NCBI GenBank assembly: GCA_030867685.1
Contig: JAQOWU010000007.1
Span: 1,364,001-1,428,000, forward strand
Source of the DNA: Wickerhamiella versatilis
Taxonomy: Eukaryota
Reading direction: 5' to 3'
Length of the DNA: 64,000 bases
Part shown: positions 19,542 to 30,217 of the stretch, one piece after another
How the letters are laid out: the number at the start of each line of letters is the position of its first letter
How positions within the stretch are numbered: position 1 is the stretch's first letter
The notes under the pieces: generated by a model
Database searches by the model: none
Seen by the model: the letters and a program-made list of their open reading frames with translations, nothing else
Told to the model about the DNA's origin: nothing
Position numbers and translations under genes: made by a program

Positions 19542-21263
19542 CTAAGTGTCAAGCTTATCTCGCTTTTCAACGAAAGTGAAGTACGAAGAACGTGTCCACT
19601 CTCGGCACTTCTTTCCCCAGAAGATCATGGGAATAGTGAGTGCCATAAAGAAGAAGTCCAGTACACCTATCGCAATAAAAGTATTTTGAACTCCGGTGTC
19701 TAGCCAGTAATCACAAACAAACGAAAAAATCATTCCCAACGTATTATTGATAACTGAGACACCAACCATTCCTTCTAGAACCATTTCAGGATAGCAATCG
19801 ACTAGATAACTCATAGAGAGATCACCTGCGCAACCCCAACCAAAACCAATGAAACCCAGTCCTATATATGGTCCTGCCCAGCTCACTGACGAGCCTTCAG
19901 ATCCCCACCCATGTTCAGTTCCAATACCATAAAGGAACATTCCCAGGGGGCTGATTACTGCGGCTGCAACCATCAGCCAGAGCCTTGTCTCGGCCTCCCT
20001 TACACCATTATTACGTTTGGCCATCCAAGCTACAAACCAATCCGAAAAATACCCACAGTATATGCATCCTATGATTGCACCGATTAAAGAAGGAACATTC
20101 ATGATAGCCACTCCAGTATCACTATAGTTGTAGGGATCCTCGGAGTAGTTATCACTTTCAACTGTGATATAGAAAGTGAGCCAGGCATCCTGCGCACCCC
20201 ATTGCAGCCCGGAATATATTACCGGAGGAAAGAGGAAAACTCGCAGCATAAGAAAAAGCCGCTCAATATACTGCTTGAATCCCCATCCTTTCAAGTTTAC
20301 TGCCGGTGTAATAATAGCAATTCGCTGAAGGTAAGTCTTAGGCTTATCTGAGACTTCCTGTTTCGCCTCTCCCACAATGTCGGGCCGCACATTGACACTA
20401 GTGGTTATCTCGAGAGGGTGTGAATCAAAACCCCCATTTATCGACGCGTCTGTCTTTTCCATATCATTTTCAACTTTCGGGGTATTATTACCGTTGGTCA
20501 CGCGTGCTGAATTAACAGCTTCGAGCTCCACGCGCTTACTTGACTCGAAATGAGCTCTATCGAAGTATGTCTCCTCGAGCCCGAAGAACAGTAAGAAAAA
20601 AACGAATACAGAACAGATAAGTCCAAGCCATCCAACCCATGGCCAACCTATGTTATCAGCTGCAAAGCCACCCAGCATCGGACCAAGGAAAGTACCAATA
20701 GAGATCGCCATAACATATATACCAATGTAATGGCCAGCTTGATGCTGGAAAAATACCTGGGTTATGCTTAGCTGGGCGACAGCTTCAGTGACAGCCTCGG
20801 AAGCCCCAATGAAAAGCTGGCTCACAATGGCATCGGCCACTGTCTTCGTCTTAGCATACCACGCATTACCGACAATACCGAGTAGCGTACCTACCAAATA
20901 GTTAATTCGACATCCCCAAAGAGAAACGCTTGGCGCACTGAGCAAAGTCCAATATCCTATGCCAATAAATAGAACGCCTGCGCCCGTATTGAAAATTCCC
21001 CAGCTGAATCCGTATTCGTCTATCATACCTTGTTGCGCAGCGGAAGCAGAATTACTTGTGGCGGAAGTTAAACCAGTGACTATCAAAACCATGAGAAGCT
21101 GGAGAAATTTTCTCCAACTAGGCCAGTTCAACGGATCATTTGGAGAAACAGTAGGTTGAGGGATTAGCACCACGTCTCCCTGTTTCTGAAGTTCTTCCTG
21201 ATCTTCTGTACCATTAGCAAACAAGTAATCAGTCCCAGGGATGTAATCCGCACGGCCGGCCAT
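19542..21263 (-). CDS. HOL1: MFS (DHA1) polyamine/cation transporter Hol1
   Basis: DYIPGT, VVLIPQP..SPNDPLNW..WRK, ATSN, NTGAGVLF.GIG, SGLQWGAQDAWL; first ATG 21263. Confidence 0.93.
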   Translation of the reverse strand: MAGRADYIPGTDYLFANGTEDQEELQKQGDVVLIPQPTVSPNDPLNWPSWRKFLQLLMVLIVTGLTSATSNSASAAQQGMIDEYGFSWGIFNTGAGVLFIGIGYWTLLSAPSVSLWGCRINYLVGTLLGIVGNAWYAKTKTVADAIVSQLFIGASEAVTEAVAQLSITQVFFQHQAGHYIGIYVMAISIGTFLGPMLGGFAADNIGWPWVGWLGLICSVFVFFLLFFGLEETYFDRAHFESSKRVELEAVNSARVTNGNNTPKVENDMEKTDASINGGFDSHPLEITTSVNVRPDIVGEAKQEVSDKPKTYLQRIAIITPAVNLKGWGFKQYIERLFLMLRVFLFPPVIYSGLQWGAQDAWLTFYITVESDNYSEDPYNYSDTGVAIMNVPSLIGAIIGCIYCGYFSDWFVAWMAKRNNGVREAETRLWLMVAAAVISPLGMFLYGIGTEHGWGSEGSSVSWAGPYIGLGFIGFGWGCAGDLSMSYLVDCYPEMVLEGMVGVSVINNTLGMIFSFVCDYWLDTGVQNTFIAIGVLDFFFMALTIPMIFWGKKCREWTRSSYFTFVEKRDKLDT

Positions 21264-21623
21264 CAAAAAGGATAAACCTGGATGCTGCTAATAGATTAAA
21301 CAAAATATTTGCCAAAGATTAGTCACTATCTCTGGTTAGTATCTAGAACAGTCAGGCATGGAAAATGACTCTCCTTCGGGATTAGATGAATATCTCGCCG
21401 GGTATTGGCAGATTCAGGTAGCTATACTTGTGTATAGGTTTAAGGCTAGGCGAAAAACTCTGGATGCTGTGAATAAAGATCACAGCTTTTGAATACATGG
21501 CTGCTCATTTTAATTATTTAGCGGGTTGAATAAGATGAGTGCTTTATAAAGACTTATCTTTCGAATTTACATCATTATGTATAGGGTGCTACCTTAGGCA
21601 GCATCGCAACACCCCAACCCTAC

Positions 21624-23270
21624 ATGACTTCTCTATCGACGAATGTTGGCAGGCCGCAACCGGTTGCTTATCGAAAAAAAAGTGATAGCCATCGTCGTGT
21701 AAACTCATTGGTAGGGTCATTTGGGCGACAACACATCGGTGGCTGGATCGGAGTGCCGTCTGTGGTTGACGACGTAGCTGTTGATGATGATTCGCAAAGG
21801 GTCGACGATGAGCGTACACTCCTCCAGGATAGCGGGGTTTCTATTCCATATGGTATTACTGATTCGGAGATTGACCGTATTTATGATGAGACAGCTCATA
21901 AGGGTGAGTTAAAGGCTTCATTCTGGCGAGAGGCCTATATTATAGTTCGGAATAGTGCACCTCTTGTTGTAACTTTTTTCCTTCAATATTCACTGGTGAT
22001 GGCCTCCCTTTTTGCTGTGGGTCATCTTGGAAAAGTTGAGTTAGGAGCTGTGTCCGTAGCCTCCATGACCGCTAATGTTACCGCGTTCGCAGCAATCCAA
22101 GGGTTTGCCACTTGTCTAGATACTTTATGTGCACAAGCATATGGATCTGGACGCCCGGAGCTTGTTGGTTTATATTTTCAAAAGTGTACGCTACTTAATC
22201 TCGTTCTAATGGTTCCAGTGGTCGTGGTGTGGTTTAGAGCTGATGTTCTGTTACCATACATCATACCTCCAGATGAGTATGAATTGATACAATATGCCAC
22301 AGAATACTTGCGCATTATATCTATGGGCATACCTGGCTACATTCTTTTCGAATGTGGGAAACGTTTCATGCAAGCTCAGGGAATATATCATGCATCGACA
22401 ATTGTCCTTGTGATTGCGGCGCCTATTAATATTTTCTTGAATTACTGGCTAGTATGGAATAAGACCTTAGGCCTCGGTTTTCACGGCGCGCCTCTCGCGG
22501 TAGCTATAACAGACTGGCTGCTGGCAATATTACTTTTCGTCTATGTCATACTTGTGGACGGTAAGCAGTGTTGGAATGGGTTTACCTGGAAAGTACTATA
22601 TCAATGGGGTCCTTTAATTGAGTTGGCCATACCAGGTCTTATCATGGTTGAGACTGAGTTTTTTGCTTTCGAAGTGATGACATTGGCGTCATCTTATTTC
22701 GGAGAAACAGCGCTAGCGGCACAAACAATCTTGGGATCCATTATATCGCTAGCGTATCAAGTCCCGTTTGCATTATCTATCGCGGCAGCAACTCGTGTTG
22801 CAAACTTCATTGGGGCAGGTGCAGTAGATGCTGCAAAACTTGCGTCAAAGGCGACGCTATTTACAGGGGTGGTGGCCGCTGCTATTGATGTCGTTTTGCT
22901 GTACGTTTTACGGTATAGAATAGCCTGGATGTTTTCAGGTGATCAGGGAGTAATAGAAGATACCACAGACGCGATGGCAATATGCGCCTTCATGCATTTT
23001 TTCGATAGTCTCTGTTGCCAATCTGCTGGTATTCTTCGTGGACAAGGAAGACAGAGCATTGGCGGATATCTTAATACTATAGGCTACTACATCATTGGCC
23101 TTCCTGTTGCTGGCTATTTGGCATTTAACCAACAGATGAATCTTAGAGGATTATGGATGGGTATTACATGCAGTTCAATATCCATAAGTTCAGCCTCACT
23201 ATACTTCGTCTCGAGAACACGATGGCGAAATCTCGTCCAAAAGGCACAGGCGAGAGATTCCGGTGTCTAA
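21624..23270 (+). CDS. MATE-family transporter (Erc1/YDR338C-like)
   Basis: VGHLGK.ELGA, LDTLCAQAYG, RF.QAQG, RVANFIGA, GILRGQGRQ; ~12 TMs; N-terminal ERTLL dileucine. Confidence 0.93.
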   Translation: MTSLSTNVGRPQPVAYRKKSDSHRRVNSLVGSFGRQHIGGWIGVPSVVDDVAVDDDSQRVDDERTLLQDSGVSIPYGITDSEIDRIYDETAHKGELKASFWREAYIIVRNSAPLVVTFFLQYSLVMASLFAVGHLGKVELGAVSVASMTANVTAFAAIQGFATCLDTLCAQAYGSGRPELVGLYFQKCTLLNLVLMVPVVVVWFRADVLLPYIIPPDEYELIQYATEYLRIISMGIPGYILFECGKRFMQAQGIYHASTIVLVIAAPINIFLNYWLVWNKTLGLGFHGAPLAVAITDWLLAILLFVYVILVDGKQCWNGFTWKVLYQWGPLIELAIPGLIMVETEFFAFEVMTLASSYFGETALAAQTILGSIISLAYQVPFALSIAAATRVANFIGAGAVDAAKLASKATLFTGVVAAAIDVVLLYVLRYRIAWMFSGDQGVIEDTTDAMAICAFMHFFDSLCCQSAGILRGQGRQSIGGYLNTIGYYIIGLPVAGYLAFNQQMNLRGLWMGITCSSISISSASLYFVSRTRWRNLVQKAQARDSGV

Positions 23271-23320
23271 AAACCTGAAAAGACACAAGCAATCGTCTTC
23301 AACAATTACCCGATAGAGGT

Positions 23321-24382
23321 CTATACCATTAGACGCCTAAGCCCTACGGGTCTCCACTGCCCATTCTCACTATCAAACGTTGTTAGAACCAATACCTGAC
23401 CAGTCGCCGGACATTTTGGCTGTTTTTCAGCGGGGTACGATTCTATGTACTCAAAGATACAGCGGTAACAGAACACAGCACCGCTCTCCAAAGCTGTTGG
23501 TGTTTCTGGATATTTTTTCTGGCACAGCATGCATCCATCACGCTTATCTGCCGGCAATGCATCCAGGGGAGGAGGTTCTATAGTAGGTCCCTGCTGGTTC
23601 AGCTTCTGTCCAAATTCGGATGAATTCCACCATTCTGTAAACTTCAATAAAAATAATGCTGAGGGCAATGCATAGCTTAGCGATTGTAGCCATTTATTGG
23701 TATTCTCACTATCATCAGGTGCAATCCTTGCGTAGCGCGTACCTGCCACTAGATCGTAGATTGAGGCTATAGGGTTACCAAAGAGATAACCAAAAGTAAA
23801 CCCAATATCCACCACTGTAGATGTGGCCTCTAGTTTTGGCCAGACCTTGAGTACCACGTAATTGAAGTAGTAGCGCCAGATTCGTCTATCAGACCAACCA
23901 GTAACTGTTGGCTTTGCCAGCTGTTCCACACCAGTCATGACGCGACCTTGTAGCCGATCGTGATATGCTCTTAATTTTTCCAGAATATATGGCAGTAATG
24001 TCCTTGAAAAAAGCAGAATAGCTATTTGACGACCCTTAAGGCGCAGATGAGGAGCTGCCAGGCGGTCCCCGCCTTCTAACGTGTGGCTAAGTGGAACAGC
24101 TAATCTTCTCACTCTCTTGAGGCCGTAGAACTTATCAACGAAAGTCGAATTCCAATTTTTCAAGTAAAGTAGTTCTACGAGACCAAAGACAATTAGATAA
24201 ATGTCGTCAAACCGCATTGCCAGCCGTAAAAGGTATCGGGGGTGGTTTTGTGCATAATGGGCGAGAAGATATCTTAATGAAGGCCTAATCAGATTGTCCA
24301 GTTGTCTTGATGCCAAAATTTCAAAAATAGTGGGAATATCTGGGTCGACATTGGCCGCATTCAGGCTCCCATAGTAGTCCAT
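23321..24382 (-). CDS. PEX12: Peroxin Pex12 RING E3 subunit
   Basis: PTIFE..A..QL..L.RPSLRY, FYGLKR, LKF.EWW, degenerate 5-Cys RING C..C...G.VFCY.C...CP.TG. Confidence 0.95.
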   Translation of the reverse strand: MDYYGSLNAANVDPDIPTIFEILASRQLDNLIRPSLRYLLAHYAQNHPRYLLRLAMRFDDIYLIVFGLVELLYLKNWNSTFVDKFYGLKRVRRLAVPLSHTLEGGDRLAAPHLRLKGRQIAILLFSRTLLPYILEKLRAYHDRLQGRVMTGVEQLAKPTVTGWSDRRIWRYYFNYVVLKVWPKLEATSTVVDIGFTFGYLFGNPIASIYDLVAGTRYARIAPDDSENTNKWLQSLSYALPSALFLLKFTEWWNSSEFGQKLNQQGPTIEPPPLDALPADKRDGCMLCQKKYPETPTALESGAVFCYRCIFEYIESYPAEKQPKCPATGQVLVLTTFDSENGQWRPVGLRRLMV

Positions 24383-24502
24383 TACGATTCCTATGTTGAC
24401 TCAGCTCCAACTTCATCATTAGCTTCCTCAATGCTGGGTTTGTAGTTTCCTATGTAAATTATCGTAAACAACGTTATATAAAGATTAATTCAATCATGCA
24501 AC

Positions 24503-25162
24503 TTACGTTTTCTTGGATGCCAGATTTCTCGTGCGGGCTGTAGAGCTCAAAACCAGGGCCCCAATGAGCTCGGCAATAACGCTAGATTCCTTTACGGTGC
24601 AAGGCAAACGGCGTAGTCGTGAAGTGATTTTTGCTGCCTTTGCAGCTACATAAATATCGTTAGGTGTTTTTTCAAGATATTCCGATACGTGATGTGCCGC
24701 AAGGGCGAATGGCATGAGGGTACTTTGAGGATCTAGCTGGGGAAAAGAGTCAATAACATCCTCGATAACTGCTTCTTCAGCCTCATTAGCACGTATCTTG
24801 ACAGCTAAGGGCTTGGAAGCCTGAAATGCAGCTATTTCACGCCCTGGATTTAGAAGTAATACCACTTGATTGGACGTAAGAGAGTCCAGCATGTCTCTTC
24901 TATCTTTGGGAATATCCGTCAAATCAAGATTATCACTGCAATGGTACCATCCGGCAATATTCATGGTTGGACGCATTGTTGCAAGTAACGTGGCTTTCTG
25001 CTCGATAAAACTCAAGTCTGGAGGTTCAGGAAGTTCGAAAGAGTCTACAACCTCCAATGTTTCCGAATTGCCCCAAAGAATACCGAAGAAACTCTTACTC
25101 TCATAACGCGCTGCGTAATCGCAAATAGCAAGAAGGGCTGTCGGATGTACAAATAGTGTCAT
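24503..25162 (-). CDS. Catalytically inactive MPN-domain protein, probably COP9 signalosome subunit 6
   Basis: VHP.ALL.I.D...R, G.L.G, V..SFELP, GWY, LLLNP, EAE...I; no JAMM HxH; first ATG 25162. Confidence 0.7.
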   Translation of the reverse strand: MTLFVHPTALLAICDYAARYESKSFFGILWGNSETLEVVDSFELPEPPDLSFIEQKATLLATMRPTMNIAGWYHCSDNLDLTDIPKDRRDMLDSLTSNQVVLLLNPGREIAAFQASKPLAVKIRANEAEEAVIEDVIDSFPQLDPQSTLMPFALAAHHVSEYLEKTPNDIYVAAKAAKITSRLRRLPCTVKESSVIAELIGALVLSSTARTRNLASKKT

Positions 25163-25243
25163 TAACAACTTTACTATAACCAAACTGGATTACATACACG
25201 ATCGTAATCATAAATAAGTCAATTCTAAATAGCTCACTAAATT

Positions 25244-26404
25244 TCACATTACAAGGCAAGAACGCGTTCCCGGGTCTGAATCTGATGAATTTTCGTACGT
25301 AGGCAAGTCATCTAGGTCCACAAATTCTGCAGCGGCCGCAAACTCCTCTGAATAAGACACGGACTCCGAACTTTTACCTGGCAATAGCTCACTCAAGGCC
25401 TCGAGTTGACTTTCATCAAATCTCTCTGGATATTCGACATTGATCTCAATATACAAATCACCCTGGCCTAGCCCTTCCCCTCGGACGCGCAGCAGTTGGT
25501 TTGGCCGCGTAGTTACACCCCGTGGAACGGTAATCCTAATTCCTCGACCATCTAGGTGGGTGAGAAGTACCCGTGAGAAACCACAGAGCGATTCTTGGAG
25601 TGATATCGTGGCTGATGCATACAAATCATTCTGTTCACGTCTGAAGTTGGGATCCGGATCAGTGTGGACTACTATTACGATGTTTCCAGGCTTCTTTCCA
25701 GGGGATTCATCAGACTTACCCTCCAAAATGATCTTGTGACCATCAGGTGCACCCTTAGGTATATAGACCTCAATTATGGACCGTTCTGGAATTGTTGCAT
25801 CACCCTTGCATTTCCTACATTGATCTCTCTTACGATAAATGTGGCCCTGTCCACGGCAAGCATCACATGGAACAATATCAGACGTTAATATTCCAGGACT
25901 TACAGGTCTTAGCTTGCGGGTAACACCACTACCACCACATGACCCACATACCTTTGGCTGCGCTCGCGGGTGACCACCTCGTCCTTTACAGCGTGTACAA
26001 ATTATATTACGAGTTGCAGCTAACTTCAGGAGGCGCCCTCTGAATATATCCTCTAAGGGTAAGTCGACGTCTACAACTGTGTCCTCCGTTGTATTTGTCT
26101 TCCATCGCCCTCCCTGCGTTTGGCCTGGATCAGTAGTGAAGAATTCAAAATCATCATAAAAGTCTTGCCATGAACCAGTCTTACCCTGACCATAGATATC
26201 ATATTGGGCTCTAAGCTGCTCGTCCACCAATGTCTCATATGCTTCACTAATTGCTTTGAACCGTACTTCGGCGTCAGCCCTCTGATCTTCTGGTGCTTTA
26301 TCAGGATGATGAGCTAGTGCTGCACGCTTGTATGCCTTTCGTATTTCAACAGTATCGGCATCACGATCAACGCCTAACAGGCTATAAAAATCCAGCTCTT
26401 CCAT
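25244..26404 (-). CDS. Class A J-protein (Xdj1/Ydj1-like), prenylated
   Basis: J domain HPDK, four CxxCxGx(G) zinc motifs, CaaX terminus CLVM. Confidence 0.93.
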   Translation of the reverse strand: MEELDFYSLLGVDRDADTVEIRKAYKRAALAHHPDKAPEDQRADAEVRFKAISEAYETLVDEQLRAQYDIYGQGKTGSWQDFYDDFEFFTTDPGQTQGGRWKTNTTEDTVVDVDLPLEDIFRGRLLKLAATRNIICTRCKGRGGHPRAQPKVCGSCGGSGVTRKLRPVSPGILTSDIVPCDACRGQGHIYRKRDQCRKCKGDATIPERSIIEVYIPKGAPDGHKIILEGKSDESPGKKPGNIVIVVHTDPDPNFRREQNDLYASATISLQESLCGFSRVLLTHLDGRGIRITVPRGVTTRPNQLLRVRGEGLGQGDLYIEINVEYPERFDESQLEALSELLPGKSSESVSYSEEFAAAAEFVDLDDLPTYENSSDSDPGTRSCLVM

Positions 26405-26866
26405 TACGTAATAAACAACAAAGCTATTCTTTTTGTTTACACCGCAGCTAGGAGGTTTTACGGGCCAAATCAGTGAAATGCACTTTTTTTGTGATTGACT
26501 CGGGCCTTGATGTGGTTTTAGGCGCTATTGTAGTACATCCGGGTTAGGGGTAAACCGATAAGATAACACGCATAGTAAGGTAACTTTTCTCCCCTGAAAG
26601 CTATGATAGAAATGATGATTCGTCAAACGAGAAGCTTTTGAGTTGCAACAAAAGAAAAGATTGTCAGAAGTATTCCTTCTCTCTCACATAAGTATGCAGT
26701 TAAGGTCCATCATGCATGCATTGACTTTCAAGCTCAACATGGGGTATCAGCATATGTATAGTGTCAGGGAGCAGTCAATTTTACAGAGTGACAAGATTAG
26801 GGATGGCTATAACTTCTAACAAATAGAGATCACAAAGTCTCCGATGACATAAGAGTTCGGAATGGC

Positions 26867-27937
26867 ATGAGGTCGTACATGGATTTTCTAGAGGAGTCCT
26901 TCCTTCAGGATGCCGGCTGGGACATACAAAGCTCCTATGCTAATGTTGTTTTGAGCTCTCAAAATATTTTAGACTTCGCGATTCCCTCGGGCTCAGCACT
27001 ACATATTTCCTCACAGCCTTCGCCGTTCACATTTACTGGATACACTTTGAAAAACCTTGGACATCTTCGGGGCTCTGTCGCCTATCTATATGCATCAAGG
27101 CCATTTCTGGCTGAGAATAGCTCGGCAATCCCCCTTTCACAACTAGTTGAGTGTTATCGCAAGCAGTCGCCAGACAATGTTCGTGAGGCAGTTGGTGGAA
27201 CCCTGCTTTATGGCCGTATGTTTATGCCAAGCCAATCATTAGAAGCAATGGCAATATTTCGTCGACCTGGCGGCCAGTTACTTTCAAAATGGATCTGTGA
27301 TCCACGATTGAAACAACCTGTAGTACTTACATCCGCCTTACAATTAGGGGGACCAAATTCCACGCGAGAATGGATATGGTCTACGCATGAAAATCTAATT
27401 GGATTCCGAACGTTGGCTAATGTAGCTAGCTGGGATAGGGATGGGGAGCCATCGGTTCAATCCACCCTCGCAACGGGCATGGAGGTATTCTATGCAGTAA
27501 ATAAGAAATCACCTGGGTTAAGTGGAGCACTTCGCTACTCTACTCAGTCCCGCTATACGGGTACTCCACTTACCCTTACTGCAGTAACCAACCCGCTTAT
27601 GGGAAGCTTGTCGGTCGCTTATGCACTAAAGCCGACCCCATTGTCAGCGTTTGCTACACGATACGATTTCAATCTGTACAGTTATCATTCAGACTTGAGT
27701 ATTGGATGCGAACTTTGGCGTACGCAACCCATTTCAGGCGAGGCTGCGTTCACCGACAATCCTAATCGGGGTCCTATATCAGTATTTAAAGCTTCCACAT
27801 CTCTTGCATCGCAGACTGCCAAATTATTATGGGAAGGAACATACAGAGGATTCCTTGTAAGCTCTGGTGTACAATTTTGTTATGGGAATAGAGCAATCCC
27901 AGCGGAAATGGGAATTGAGTTTGTGTATAGTAGCTAA
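26867..27937 (+). CDS. MDM10: ERMES/SAM beta-barrel Mdm10
   Basis: M..YM.F....F....GW....SY, LYGRM..P...LEA, NPLMG, YDFN.YSY.S, G.EF.YSS terminus. Confidence 0.95.
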   Translation: MRSYMDFLEESFLQDAGWDIQSSYANVVLSSQNILDFAIPSGSALHISSQPSPFTFTGYTLKNLGHLRGSVAYLYASRPFLAENSSAIPLSQLVECYRKQSPDNVREAVGGTLLYGRMFMPSQSLEAMAIFRRPGGQLLSKWICDPRLKQPVVLTSALQLGGPNSTREWIWSTHENLIGFRTLANVASWDRDGEPSVQSTLATGMEVFYAVNKKSPGLSGALRYSTQSRYTGTPLTLTAVTNPLMGSLSVAYALKPTPLSAFATRYDFNLYSYHSDLSIGCELWRTQPISGEAAFTDNPNRGPISVFKASTSLASQTAKLLWEGTYRGFLVSSGVQFCYGNRAIPAEMGIEFVYSS

Positions 27938-27945
27938 TTAATATG

Positions 27946-30156
27946 TTAAGATGGTTTGGGCTGTTGTACAATCCCTTTTAGACTTGAAGGCAATGGCGGG
28001 AGGCTTGCACCTGGAGGTAGTTGTATTTTATCCGGGTCAGGTAGATTCAACTTAGGTCTTTCCACTACCGGCTGTGACGACGATGCTTGTGTCTTTTCCT
28101 CAGCCTCTTGCGGTTGCTTCTGAATATCCTGTCTCTGCGACTGTTGAGGTAACTGTGCAGGGACCGGCGGATATTGCGTCCGTCTTACAGGGGGTCTACG
28201 TGCTCGACTTGCAGCAGCAGCCTTGCGCTGTGGTGGAGGGTGCAATACAGGAGGCTGTGATCGTCTAATTTCATCCAATACTAGCGAGTCTCCTTTTTCA
28301 ACCTGATACCAAACGTGATATGGATGAGCGCGCTCTCCACGTGCCATTATATCCTTCATATATTCCTGTGTCTTCTTTGGTTTGCTAACACACTTTTCAA
28401 TGACAGATGCAATTCGTAAAGGAATCTCGCGTAAAACTAACGTCACGGGAGTCCAGGTAAGTTCAGAAGCTTTCCATGGTTCCTGTCCTGGCCGCAGCTG
28501 CTCAGTCGGCTCCTGTTTCACACCTTCTTTGGTGTCCTGCTTAGGCTCCTGAGCCTGGCTAGAGGATTCAGTCTGAGGCTTATCCATGCGACTAGATTCA
28601 GAATCATCCTGCACCTCTTTCTTTATATCATCCTGTTTCTTAACTTCAACAGATGGCTGTGATTTGGAATCATCAGAACTTTTTTGCCCTGCTTCCTGTT
28701 TCTCCACACTCACTGGCTCCGAAAGATGGAGAAACGACCATAGTATCTCGCCGGAAGGAAGAATCTCCAGAATACTCTTCTTGGGTAGCAAAAAGCGATC
28801 GTTTGCATTTTCATCGAATTCAAACGCGAGCATGGTACCTTTAGGCGGCGGCAATGGCTCGTATGTTGTCGGTCTTCTCACACTTACTACGTCCATGGCA
28901 CGTGCTCTGTTGATATATCCCTGAAACCGCGAAACAGCATCAGGTTCTGCCCGTCCAGTAGCAACATGACGCATAAGTTCAGCCAAGGAAGGATCCCGAG
29001 CAGCCATTTGTTGAAGCCTATAAATTACCAAAGGGTCGGGTCCGCGTTGTGCTGATGCGTTTGCTTGTTGTGGGGCCTGCTGCTGCTGTTGTTGTTGCTG
29101 TTGTTGTTGTTGTTGTTGTTGTTGCTGTTGTTGCTGCTGCTGTTGATCCTGTTGTTGTTGATCCTGTTGCTGCTGAGCTGGTTGGTGTACTTCCTTTTCC
29201 TGTTCAGTTGAAGGATGTGATTTCTCATGATCATGCTTCTCCTTGTTTTTAGAATTTTGGACCTGTGACTTTCCTTTCTTAGACCCTTTTTTCCTTCCAA
29301 CTTTCGGTTTCCCGCTATTTGATTCTTGTTTGGTAGAAACTGAAGAAGCTTCTTTTGGATTTTCTTTTTCAGTATGTTCAGAGGACTCCTCCACAGGTTG
29401 TGAATTTCCAGCTTTCTTGTCTCCAGCTTTCTTGTCTTCAACTTTCTCATCCTCAGCTTTCTCGTCACCAGCTTTCTCGTCTTTAGCGGCCTCATTTTCA
29501 GCGTTTTCGTTTCCAGTAGCTTCACGCTCACCTATCGCCGCATTTTCTTGATTTGAGTTATCGGTGATCTCAGACGTATTCTCACCAGTATTATTCAAAG
29601 AAGTCTTATTTTGCTCCGAATTATTATTCTCTGGCTTTTTTCCGGACTCAACGATTCCTTTCGCGGAATTGGTCTCGGTAGATTCCACTTGATCATCCTC
29701 GTCGTCCGAAGCATCATCGTCTCGTACAACAAAAAGCTTTACACCAAAACTATGAGGTCCACAAAGCATTGAACAATCACATAACTTTGTTGGCCGATCT
29801 CTACTAGGATCATACCCAGGCTTAACAGCACCGACCCGCCTACTCCATAGAGTTTCAAACATTGTACCCTCTAACCAATTGTGCCTCGAGGTGTGAACAG
29901 CATGTGAAAGGCTACGTGATTTTTCGAAACTCAATGGTTTACGGAGTAGCTCGTAGTTGGGTTGCTCAATCGTCACGGGAACACCATTATATACCTCGTA
30001 CTCGCAGTTAGGACGTGGTTTAGGCTGTGTAATTTTCCGTACCTTTTTTGGAGGAGGCGGTGGCGCAGGGCTTGGGGTTGAGCCTTCATCTACCGATTCA
30101 GATGCTGGCGAATCACCACGTAGTGCTCTTATGCGAGCACTTCGCCTTCGGATCAT
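27946..30156 (-). CDS. SWC3: SWR1 complex subunit Swc3
   Basis: SR.NWL.G.MFE..W, C.M..GPH.F.VKLF, DP.I..L..MA..DP.L..LM..VA.G.A, FEF.EN..DRFL.PK..I.E. Confidence 0.82.
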   Translation of the reverse strand: MIRRRSARIRALRGDSPASESVDEGSTPSPAPPPPPKKVRKITQPKPRPNCEYEVYNGVPVTIEQPNYELLRKPLSFEKSRSLSHAVHTSRHNWLEGTMFETLWSRRVGAVKPGYDPSRDRPTKLCDCSMLCGPHSFGVKLFVVRDDDASDDEDDQVESTETNSAKGIVESGKKPENNNSEQNKTSLNNTGENTSEITDNSNQENAAIGEREATGNENAENEAAKDEKAGDEKAEDEKVEDKKAGDKKAGNSQPVEESSEHTEKENPKEASSVSTKQESNSGKPKVGRKKGSKKGKSQVQNSKNKEKHDHEKSHPSTEQEKEVHQPAQQQQDQQQQDQQQQQQQQQQQQQQQQQQQQQQQAPQQANASAQRGPDPLVIYRLQQMAARDPSLAELMRHVATGRAEPDAVSRFQGYINRARAMDVVSVRRPTTYEPLPPPKGTMLAFEFDENANDRFLLPKKSILEILPSGEILWSFLHLSEPVSVEKQEAGQKSSDDSKSQPSVEVKKQDDIKKEVQDDSESSRMDKPQTESSSQAQEPKQDTKEGVKQEPTEQLRPGQEPWKASELTWTPVTLVLREIPLRIASVIEKCVSKPKKTQEYMKDIMARGERAHPYHVWYQVEKGDSLVLDEIRRSQPPVLHPPPQRKAAAASRARRPPVRRTQYPPVPAQLPQQSQRQDIQKQPQEAEEKTQASSSQPVVERPKLNLPDPDKIQLPPGASLPPLPSSLKGIVQQPKPS
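29077..29175 (-). repeat. CAA/CAG microsatellite encoding Q4-D-Q4-D-Q23
   Basis: Counted: 69 nt uninterrupted Gln codons 29077-29145 plus two Q4 blocks. Confidence 0.95.
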
Positions 30157-30217
30157 TTGCCTCCAAAATTGATTATGTCAGGATTGAAATATATAGAGTC
30201 CTGCTAGGTTTCGGTAG

